Under the pieces are notes generated by a model. It was not told where the DNA came from. It ran no database searches and was given only the letters and a program-made list of their open reading frames with translations. The translations under genes and the position numbers were made by a program. Shown in pieces: positions 26,853-34,908 of a stretch of 64,000 nt of DNA; positions within the stretch are counted from its first letter, which is position 1; every line of letters starts with the position of its first letter. Origin of the DNA: Alphaproteobacteria bacterium (GTDB lineage: Bacteria; Pseudomonadota; Alphaproteobacteria; Holosporales; Holosporaceae); NCBI GenBank assembly GCA_016870135.1, contig VGCF01000001.1, forward strand, positions 9,033-73,032, given 5' to 3'.

Positions 26853-27144
26853 AAGCCTATCGGTCTTTCCTTAGAAAACTTATTGTAAAATCTATCGGTA
26901 ATCGATGGGCAAGTCAATGAATAAAAAGATATATTTTTTACATTATATTTTTGAATAGTTTATTTTTACTAAAAAAAAGTAAAAATGATACTCTAACAAA
27001 AATATTCGATTTTTTTAAAAACACTGCGGGGTTAACGCCTTTGAAAAAGATTTTTTAACTTTTTATGGATCTTATTCTGAATTTTGAAAAAACCCCCAGA
27101 TCCTGTTACTCTAGAGTGACAAAATTGCTCTGGCATCGTTTAAA

Positions 27145-28638
27145 ATGGATATAAGTATCTCGCTGGTTATAGGGTCCGGTTTTGCAGCGTTGTGGATTGT
27201 TCGAGAGCTGTTGGGTTATCGAAAACAACTAGAGCACACCCATTTACGACAACGCTATCACATCCTGGAAACAGAATGGAATGCCAGTCGAAAAGAGGTC
27301 CACCATTTACGCGAAATGAACACCCACCTGCAAACAGTTTTTAAGGAACAAGCATCTGCGATACATGACTCTAGAAAAGACATGGAAAATCGATTACAGG
27401 GGATTTGCAGTCAAACTTTGGTTGGTGCTCAGAAAACATTTTTATCCCATCTGCAGCCTATTTTATCCCAATTCCAGCAATCAACCACGGGGCAATTAAA
27501 AGAGCAGTCATCTTTTTTGACCCAATTGGTTGGCCCATTAGAGCATTATTTACAAGATATGAAACAGCATATTCATGCCCTGGAACAAACCCGTGTGGGG
27601 GCATATTCTGGATTAAAGGAACAAATTGGACATTTGGCAGAGGGGCAAAAAGTGTTGTCCTTGGAAACGAACGCCCTGATGAATGCGTTTCGCACACCGC
27701 ACATTCGGGGTTGTTGGGGGGAAATGCAACTGCATCGTGTGGTGGAATTGGCGGGCATGTTACCCTATTGTGATTTTCAACAGCATCCCACCTTGAGTAC
27801 AGAAAAAAAGCATGGTGTTCGACCCGATATGATCATTCGACTGCCCGGTAAAAAATCCATTATTGTGGATTCTAAGGCCCCCATGACTCATTATCTGGAA
27901 GCTACATCAGCCAAAACATCAGCCGAATATCAATCCAAAATCAAAGAGCATGCCCGTGTTTTGGGGGCACACATCAAGGCGCTGTCCGATAAAAAATACT
28001 GGTCGTATCAAGAACACTCTGTCGAGTTAACGGTGTTGTTTGTCCCAGGAGAAGCCTTTTTAAGCGCGGCCCTGGAAGGGGATGCCAATTTATTAGAATT
28101 GGCCGCGGAAAAAAACATCATTTTGGCTACACCTATGCTGTGCATTGCTCTGTTAAAAACCATTGCCCAAGGATGGCGTCAGGATCTTTTTTCCCAAAAA
28201 ACCCACCGTATTATCGCCATGAGTCAAGATTTATCTGTGCGATTAGAAAAATTTCAAGGCCATTTATTGGGCGTGGGAAAAGCGCTGAAAAATGGTCATT
28301 TGTCCTATCAATCGGCGCTGGGGGTTTTTCAGGACACCATTGTACCCACAGTGGAAAAACTGGGGTCTATTGTGCCGGATACAGAATCGTCTGATGGGAA
28401 CATCGTGACCCAAATAACCGATTTAAAGACATTAACAGAGGCAGAAAACGACAATCTTAGGGTACATCCAGATGGGTATAGTCCAGAGCAGCAAGACGAC
28501 CAGGGTGCAGAAGCCGAACGGGGTATAGACTCTCAAGACGACCAGGGTGCAGAAGCCGAACGGGGCATCCCAACCGTTCTCCCCACCACGCTTGATGGTA
28601 TGCCGTTAAACAGGCATCACCATAGGGCCACGGCATAG
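27145..28638 (+). CDS. rmuC: DNA recombination protein RmuC
   Basis: 497 aa. N-terminal TM plus long coiled coil, then the RmuC nuclease-like core (RTPHIRGCWGEMQLHRVVELAGM ... RPDMIIRLPGKKSIIVDSKAP ... VLFVPGEAFL). Confidence 0.88.
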   Translation: MDISISLVIGSGFAALWIVRELLGYRKQLEHTHLRQRYHILETEWNASRKEVHHLREMNTHLQTVFKEQASAIHDSRKDMENRLQGICSQTLVGAQKTFLSHLQPILSQFQQSTTGQLKEQSSFLTQLVGPLEHYLQDMKQHIHALEQTRVGAYSGLKEQIGHLAEGQKVLSLETNALMNAFRTPHIRGCWGEMQLHRVVELAGMLPYCDFQQHPTLSTEKKHGVRPDMIIRLPGKKSIIVDSKAPMTHYLEATSAKTSAEYQSKIKEHARVLGAHIKALSDKKYWSYQEHSVELTVLFVPGEAFLSAALEGDANLLELAAEKNIILATPMLCIALLKTIAQGWRQDLFSQKTHRIIAMSQDLSVRLEKFQGHLLGVGKALKNGHLSYQSALGVFQDTIVPTVEKLGSIVPDTESSDGNIVTQITDLKTLTEAENDNLRVHPDGYSPEQQDDQGAEAERGIDSQDDQGAEAERGIPTVLPTTLDGMPLNRHHHRATA

Positions 28639-29859
28639 AAAATCCACCACACTGTTCAGCACACAGCGTCCCTTGTTCGATAAGACGAGGGGTGGTAAAA
28701 CGCCAGCAGAGGCAGAGGCAGAGGCAGAGGCAGAGGCAGAAAAGGGTGTTTCTGGTGCAACAACCAGATCCAGATCCGCCTGTATACAGTGGTGGATGCG
28801 TTGAATGAGTTCGGGGTGAAGGCTCTCACCAATATCCAGTACCGCATTCAAATCCAGCCCCTTTTGCAAACGTAATCCCATTAAAAATTGCTCTTGTAAC
28901 CGATCAGATCGCGTTAAGGCCTGATCCAGAATCAGTCCATGTCCATGGGTATTGACGCTGTCCATCCATTGATCCGGCAGGCCTCTGTTATGGGTGGCTA
29001 TTTTCAGTGTTTTTCCCTGGTCGTCTGTTGTACTGATGCGCCCATGGGCCCCTGGCCCCAGACCCAAAAAATCTTGATACGTCCAATACATGGTGTTATG
29101 AATGCTGGTTGCGTCCGGCTTTGCATAGTTTGATACTTCGTAACGCTGCAATCCCAACGGTGAAAAAGCAGCATCCGTCATGGATTCTAGGTGTAAAACG
29201 GTATCATCCGATAATTCTTGATGACGTTTTTTGTAAAAGGGTGTCCCCATTTCGTACGTCAATTGATAAATGGATACATGGTCATCAATCCAAGGCGTGG
29301 CCAGTGTTAACTCTGTACCCCATTGTTGATGATCTTGGTGATTCTTGTGGGCATAAATCAAGTCAAAAGAATAGCGCAAACCCACATGTTTTAAATGATT
29401 TAATGCCGCCTGAATATCAGAAACCCTGTGATTTCTGCCCAAAAATGCCAAGGTTTCATCATGAAAGGATTGAACCCCCATAGAGATTCGATTGATGCCC
29501 GCATGAAAAAAATGCCCTGCTTTTTCTTGATCTGTGGGATTCATTTCCAGGGTGTTTTCCACCTGTTCCGATACATCCCACAAGGTCTTAATGGTTTCCA
29601 AAATACGCCCAACCAACTCAGGAGACATCAACGATGGGGTGCCCCCACCAAAAAATATGCTGACGATTTTACGCTTGCCCACGCGATTTTTCCAATACCT
29701 TAACTCTGCAACAAAGGCTTTTTCCCAGGCTTTTTCGTCCACATGATCCACCACATATCGGTTAAAATGGCAATAAGGGCACAAGGATCTACAAAATGGC
29801 CAGTGAATATAAATAGCCAATGGTTGAACGATGGTGGGCAGGCCCATAGACTGTTCCAA
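28606..29859 (-). CDS. hemW: radical SAM heme chaperone HemW / oxygen-independent coproporphyrinogen III oxidase-like
   Basis: 417 aa. Radical SAM cluster motif (YIHWPFCRSLCPYCHFN), GGGTPS, and a HemN_C-like C-terminus. Contains an (SA)n insertion. Confidence 0.85.
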   Translation of the reverse strand: MEQSMGLPTIVQPLAIYIHWPFCRSLCPYCHFNRYVVDHVDEKAWEKAFVAELRYWKNRVGKRKIVSIFFGGGTPSLMSPELVGRILETIKTLWDVSEQVENTLEMNPTDQEKAGHFFHAGINRISMGVQSFHDETLAFLGRNHRVSDIQAALNHLKHVGLRYSFDLIYAHKNHQDHQQWGTELTLATPWIDDHVSIYQLTYEMGTPFYKKRHQELSDDTVLHLESMTDAAFSPLGLQRYEVSNYAKPDATSIHNTMYWTYQDFLGLGPGAHGRISTTDDQGKTLKIATHNRGLPDQWMDSVNTHGHGLILDQALTRSDRLQEQFLMGLRLQKGLDLNAVLDIGESLHPELIQRIHHCIQADLDLVVAPETPFSASASASASASAGVLPPLVLSNKGRCVLNSVVDFLCRGPMVMPV

Positions 29860-29868
29860 ATGTTCGGC

Positions 29869-30201
29869 CTATTCTGCTTTGTTCTTGCTGGAAAACAGGG
29901 ACAACATGCGTTGGGTAATGAACAGCCCCCCTGTTAAATTCATGGATAGAAAAAAGATCGTTATGGTGGTTAATGCCCGTAAAAATCCAGAGCCAGAAAG
30001 AGCCCCATAAAATGTAACGGCCAAAAACAGGATCATGCTGGACATGGCGTTGGTTAACCCCATCAATGGGGCATGAAAAGCAGAATTAACGCGACAGGCG
30101 GACCAAAACCCAATAAATGTACACAAAACCATAATAAAAACAGATTGTACGCTGGTTTCAGAAAACAACGACCCATACCCCAATGCGCTTGTCAGAGACA
30201 T
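29869..30201 (-). CDS. pntAB: NAD(P) transhydrogenase subunit alpha part 2 (small membrane subunit)
   Basis: About 110 aa from the Met at 30201. Contains HAPLMGLTNAMSSMILFLAV and NLTGGLFITQRMLSLF, which match the conserved PntAB helices. The track ORF extends a further 40 codons upstream. Confidence 0.8.
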   Translation of the reverse strand: MSLTSALGYGSLFSETSVQSVFIMVLCTFIGFWSACRVNSAFHAPLMGLTNAMSSMILFLAVTFYGALSGSGFLRALTTITIFFLSMNLTGGLFITQRMLSLFSSKNKAE

Positions 30202-30393
30202 GATCCATACCTTAAAAGAGATGCTTGATTTGATCATGTCACACCGTTGTCGGTTTTGGCAAGGCTGTGAAGGACTTCTGAAAGAGTCTTGGCCACAGCC
30301 ACAGATACAGGCCTGTTCCATGACGTAACGGATACAACAACACCATGCCTAAATCTAGACCCCCTGAACCCAGACCAATCCAGAATCTCTTAA

Positions 30394-32652
30394 TCATCCC
30401 CCTCTGTTGGACTCATCCCACAATGAATCCAACACCGATTGCCATTGCTCTGCATCCAGAACTGTAATGTTCCAAGACCGAGCTTGCTCTATTTTTTTGC
30501 CACTTTTTTCCCCAGAAACCAAAAAATCTACCCGTTGAGATAATCCACTTAACACTCTGGCGCCCGCATCCTCTGCCCGTTTTTTGGCCTCTGCCCGTGT
30601 CATGTTGGGTAATGTGCCCGTAAAAGCCAGAGTTTTATCAGACAGCAGCGTCTTTTTTGTGGTCGGCGTATCCTCTTCAACGATTTCGATATATTGGGCC
30701 AAATCCTTGACCCATTCCCGTTCAGTGGTCATAAAGGTGATTATGGCGCTTGCCGTGTCCTGACCAATGCCAGAAATGTTCAATAAATCGGTATAGGTAT
30801 TTGCTCCAGTGCTCGCCCCAGCATTCGATGGTGTGGGGTTACATTCTGTGATGCATGCCTGAAGGCAGTGTTCAAAATGATCTCGAGTTTGATAATATTG
30901 GGCCAAGGATTGTGCAGAAACGTATCCCACGGATGGAATGCCCAGGGCATAAATCCAACGGTGCAATGATACGGTGCGTGCCCTGTTCAGGGCCCCTATT
31001 AATTGGGACGCGGATTGCTCTCCCCATCCATCAAGTGGTGTTAAATCCTGCATGGTTAATCGAAATAAATCACCAGGAAGGCGTACCAAACCCTGTTTGT
31101 ATAAAAAGGCCACTTGTTTTGCACCTAAACCATCAATATCTAGGGCATCACGTGAAACCATGTGACGCAATCGTCCAATGGCTTGGCCCCCACAGCGCCA
31201 CCCGGATACACAACGCCACGCCACGGCACCATCTTCTCTGACCAAAAGGCATTGACACGATGGGCAGTGGGTGGGAAAAACAAAGGGCTGGCTGTTTCTG
31301 GGACGATGCTCTGGAAAAGACTGAACAATCTGAGGAATGACATCACCTGCACGCCGAATCAGAACCCGGTCCCCTATACGTAAATCTTTTCGCGCCAATT
31401 CATCCGCATTATGAATGCTGGCCTTGGAAATCATGACACCTGCCACCCAAACAGGCTGAACATGAGCCACCGGCGTGATCACGCCCGTACGACCCACTTG
31501 GGTATCAATGGATAAAATATGGGTCATGGCATCGTGGGCTGGAAATTTTGCAGCCACAGCATATCGTGGGGATCGGGCAGAGTGACCCAAACGTTTTTGA
31601 TCTGACAACGAATCCAATTTATACACCACGCCATCGATCTCATACCCCAATAGAGGTCTTTGCCCAGCAATCCATTCAAAATAATTCTGAACGTCTTTGG
31701 GTGTTTCACAAGCCCGCCAGGCCGTTTTCTGTAAAAATCCCCATTGTTTTATGGCTTGTACACTGTCCCGATATGTCAAAACCCCAGGGTGCAATTCGTC
31801 GCTTAATGTACTGCCGTGGGGCATAAACAACAATGGACGACTGGCCGTAACGCGGGCATCCAGTTGACGCAATGAACCAGAGGCGGCATTTCTGGGATTG
31901 GATAGGGCAGGCAATCCTGCGGCTATACGCTCTGTATTCCATTGATGGAAATCCTTTAACAGGATATAAATTTCGCCTCGAATTTCTATGACCGGTGGAC
32001 CATTGTATCCATGTAATTCATGGGGAATGGAGGGGATATGCCAGATGTTGGACGTCACATCTTCACCCATGACGCCATTTCCCCTGGTGGCACCACGAAC
32101 CAAACGCCCCTGTTCATACCGCAATATTAAGGTTAATCCGTCAATTTTTGGTTCCGCAATCCATGGACCCATAGAATCCCCAGAAACCCCTAAAAATCGT
32201 GCGGCCTTGTCAGAAAAATCTAAAAATCCTTGAAAATCATTGACTTTTTCCAGGGAATAAACGGGCCATAAATGCGTCACACTGGAAAACAGAGGGCTGG
32301 GATCATACCCTATGCGTTCAGATCGACTGTCTGGGGTTTTTAATGCGGGATAATGGTGTTCCAGGGTTTGCAATTGGTAGCGCAAGGCATCATAAGCATC
32401 ATCAGACAGCAGTGGGTCTTGATTTTGGTAATAGGCCAGATCGTTTTCTGCAATCTGTTTCTGCAGATCCTGCCATTGGGCTTGTACCGCGGGCGGAACA
32501 GAGGCACCAAGAGGAGCACCAAAGACAGAAGATTCCTCTTGGGAGACATGGGCGCGTTCTGGTGGCTGTGGTGCTTTTACATTGGAATGTTCTGGTCCTT
32601 TTCCTGACGACGTACTCATGTCACTGTCTCTCCTCGTAATGGGAGTATTCAA
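30394..32652 (-). CDS. ligA: NAD-dependent DNA ligase
   Basis: 752 aa. Adenylation site (EPKIDGLTL), OB fold, Cys4 zinc finger (CPSCQCLLVREDGAVAWRCVSGWRC), HhH repeats and a C-terminal BRCT domain. Has a ~55-aa N-terminal extension. Confidence 0.95.
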   Translation of the reverse strand: MNTPITRRDSDMSTSSGKGPEHSNVKAPQPPERAHVSQEESSVFGAPLGASVPPAVQAQWQDLQKQIAENDLAYYQNQDPLLSDDAYDALRYQLQTLEHHYPALKTPDSRSERIGYDPSPLFSSVTHLWPVYSLEKVNDFQGFLDFSDKAARFLGVSGDSMGPWIAEPKIDGLTLILRYEQGRLVRGATRGNGVMGEDVTSNIWHIPSIPHELHGYNGPPVIEIRGEIYILLKDFHQWNTERIAAGLPALSNPRNAASGSLRQLDARVTASRPLLFMPHGSTLSDELHPGVLTYRDSVQAIKQWGFLQKTAWRACETPKDVQNYFEWIAGQRPLLGYEIDGVVYKLDSLSDQKRLGHSARSPRYAVAAKFPAHDAMTHILSIDTQVGRTGVITPVAHVQPVWVAGVMISKASIHNADELARKDLRIGDRVLIRRAGDVIPQIVQSFPEHRPRNSQPFVFPTHCPSCQCLLVREDGAVAWRCVSGWRCGGQAIGRLRHMVSRDALDIDGLGAKQVAFLYKQGLVRLPGDLFRLTMQDLTPLDGWGEQSASQLIGALNRARTVSLHRWIYALGIPSVGYVSAQSLAQYYQTRDHFEHCLQACITECNPTPSNAGASTGANTYTDLLNISGIGQDTASAIITFMTTEREWVKDLAQYIEIVEEDTPTTKKTLLSDKTLAFTGTLPNMTRAEAKKRAEDAGARVLSGLSQRVDFLVSGEKSGKKIEQARSWNITVLDAEQWQSVLDSLWDESNRGG

Positions 32653-32719
32653 CCCCCATATTCCTGCGCCAGAGGATGATACAACCTACAAAACAGGCAG
32701 GCGTTCTGATGGTAAAATC

Positions 32720-33022
32720 CTAAAAACCCGGAATTTGATTGGCCAAGCCATTCATGGGCCCCATAATGTCTGCTTTGGCTTGTTCCAATTGATGAGTGGC
32801 GTTTTGATGCGCTGCAACGATTAAATCCTCTAGGACCTCGTTATTTGGCAGGGAAGGGTCCAAACGAATATTCAGCAAATGCCCCTTTCCACTGATGGAC
32901 AGACGGACCAATCCATTCCCAGATACACCTTCGATTTCCAGGGCATCGATCTTTTTTTGCGCCTCGCCCATCTGTTTTTGTAAACCTTGGGCCTGCTTCA
33001 TTAATTTTGAAAAATCCATCAC
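32720..33022 (-). CDS. ybaB: YbaB/EbfC family nucleoid-associated protein
   Basis: 100 aa. Begins MMDFSKLMKQAQGLQKQMGEAQKKIDALEIEGVSGNGLVRLSISGKG, typical of YbaB. Sits downstream of dnaX. Confidence 0.92.
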   Translation of the reverse strand: MMDFSKLMKQAQGLQKQMGEAQKKIDALEIEGVSGNGLVRLSISGKGHLLNIRLDPSLPNNEVLEDLIVAAHQNATHQLEQAKADIMGPMNGLANQIPGF

Positions 33023-33054
33023 TCTGCTTTTTTTTCATTGATGATTGGATTACA

Positions 33055-34695
33055 TCACAACTTTGTGATTTGTTCAATTGTGGCATCAGGAAAGGTGTTC
33101 AAGATGGTTTGAATCCCGGAATTTTGCTTGGCCAAGGCATCGTAATGGGCTCTTTTTTGCTCTTCTTGTGCCATTTGCGACAGGCTGTGCGCCGTGTCAT
33201 TCCACCGGATATGGCATCCTTTTTCCATGTGGTGTTTAAAAAACTGATCAAAGCTGGCCGCAAATGTTTTGGGCATTGCACCGCGCGTTTTGTCCCAATG
33301 CAATACCAAAGCGGCATTATCCCATCCCACCCACGATACATTGGATCGCACATGGGCGTGCAGCAATCCTTCCCGTGCTTGCGCCAACGCCAACAACAGG
33401 TTGTCCAAGGATGCGATACTGGATTGATTCCATACAACAGCAGGGGTTTTGGTCGTTTTTTCAGGATCAGATTCACCCGTGGACTGACCCAGAGGCGAGG
33501 CCTGTGATGGGTGGTGGGTGGGTGACAGGGCGTGGGGATGACTGACCTTGGATTCTGCGATGGGGCGTACTGATGATCCAACGGCTCCTGTGTTGGCTTT
33601 CTGTCCGAAAGGTTCAATAAACGATAAAATTTGGGACTGAGTAGGAAAATGCGTCATATAAGCCATACGCAATGTCACCATTTCCAGCGCCAACAAAGGA
33701 AAAGGGGAAGCAGACACCTCTGACAATCCTTTTTGTCCTAATTGCCACCACTGATCATAACGATCCAGAGCAATGGAGGGGTGTTGTGCGGGATGGTTTA
33801 AACAGGCCATGGTTTTTTCATGAATCCATTGCATACAGTGCGACAGCAACGTGATGGGTTCTGATCCTTGATGATACTGTTGTCGAATCAAATCCACCAT
33901 GCTTGCTCCATTCCCATGGTGTAAACAGTCAAACCATTGTTCCAGCCATTGCGTACGCGGTAAACCCAAAACGGATAATGCATCATCAAGGGTAATGGGG
34001 GATTGTGGAGATGAAATCAACAACACACGTTCCAGAAGGGACAACGCATCACGCACTCCACCCTCACTGTATTGGGCCAGAACATCATAGACAGATTGCT
34101 CTGCGCCATACCCTTCTTGTTCCGCAATATCTTTTAAATGTTTGGCCAAAATATCCGATTTAACACGATGCAAATGCAATTGTTGGCACCGCGATATCAC
34201 CGTCAGCGGAACCTTGTTCACATCTGTGGTGGCGAAAATAAATGTCACATGGGCTGGCGGTTCTTCCAGCGTTTTTAACAGAGCGTTAAAGGCGCTCTTG
34301 GACAACATGTGCACCTCGTCAATGATGTAAATCTTGCAATGGCCCAACAACGGTTTGTACGAACAGCTGTCCAAAATCTGACGAATGTCATCAACACCTG
34401 TGTGACTGGCGGCATCCATTTCCAAAATATCCACATGTTTGTCCTGAATCAGGGCCAAGCAAGAAGGGCACCCATTGCACGGTTCTTGATCGGCATCCCG
34501 AGACGTGCATGACAGAGCCTTGGCCACCAATCGTGCCAGTGTGGTTTTCCCCACTCCTCGAATGCCCGTTAACAATAAACCGCTGCTTAGGCGTCCTTCA
34601 GCCAGAGCATTGCGTAAAATGCGTACAAATAAATCTTGTCCAACCACATCGCGAAACAAGGTCGGTCTGTATTTGCGCGCCAGCCCCATAGACAT
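33055..34695 (-). CDS. dnaX: DNA polymerase III subunit gamma/tau
   Basis: 546 aa. AAA+ clamp-loader motifs (LLLTGIRGVGKTTLARL, zinc module CNGCPSC, YIIDEVHMLS, SRC motif VISRCQ). Confidence 0.95.
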   Translation of the reverse strand: MSMGLARKYRPTLFRDVVGQDLFVRILRNALAEGRLSSGLLLTGIRGVGKTTLARLVAKALSCTSRDADQEPCNGCPSCLALIQDKHVDILEMDAASHTGVDDIRQILDSCSYKPLLGHCKIYIIDEVHMLSKSAFNALLKTLEEPPAHVTFIFATTDVNKVPLTVISRCQQLHLHRVKSDILAKHLKDIAEQEGYGAEQSVYDVLAQYSEGGVRDALSLLERVLLISSPQSPITLDDALSVLGLPRTQWLEQWFDCLHHGNGASMVDLIRQQYHQGSEPITLLSHCMQWIHEKTMACLNHPAQHPSIALDRYDQWWQLGQKGLSEVSASPFPLLALEMVTLRMAYMTHFPTQSQILSFIEPFGQKANTGAVGSSVRPIAESKVSHPHALSPTHHPSQASPLGQSTGESDPEKTTKTPAVVWNQSSIASLDNLLLALAQAREGLLHAHVRSNVSWVGWDNAALVLHWDKTRGAMPKTFAASFDQFFKHHMEKGCHIRWNDTAHSLSQMAQEEQKRAHYDALAKQNSGIQTILNTFPDATIEQITKL

Positions 34696-34717
34696 TGATT
34701 AGACCATTTTGAATAGA

Positions 34718-34810
34718 AAAAACAGAGTGCCTGACCCAAAATGGATCGATTTTGGCTGCTTTTTTTCAAACCTGACCAGGTGAATCGATATTTTGCCCAA
34801 GCACTCTATT
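34718..34810 (-). ncRNA. ffs: signal recognition particle RNA (4.5S, small bacterial type)
   Basis: The minus strand reads AGAGUGCUUGGGCAAAAUAUCGAUUCACCUGGUCAGGUUU-GAAA-AAAAGCAGCCAAAAUCGAUCCAUUUUGGGUCAGGCACUCU followed by GUUUUUUC. It forms a long imperfect hairpin. Domain IV motifs are present (CCUGGUCAGG and AGCAGCCA) with a GNRA apical loop. AGAGUGC, CAAAAU and AUCGAUU pair with GCACUCU, AUUUUG and AAUCGAU. Lies ~25 nt upstream of dnaX, a common synteny. Confidence 0.85.
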
Positions 34811-34908
34811 GTCAGAATATCAAATCTAGGCGATGAGCTCAATAGCACACCCTCTGGATCAGGCGTGATCTGCAGATCTCTTTCCCACAGTCTTGGACCA
34901 AAACAACC

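Noticed and set aside
33150-33160. A-rich CAAAAAAG stretch in dnaX as a possible programmed -1 frameshift site (gamma/tau)
   Set aside because: It lies ~30 codons from the C-terminus, far downstream of where the tau/gamma split occurs. It is also not followed by an obvious stimulatory hairpin.
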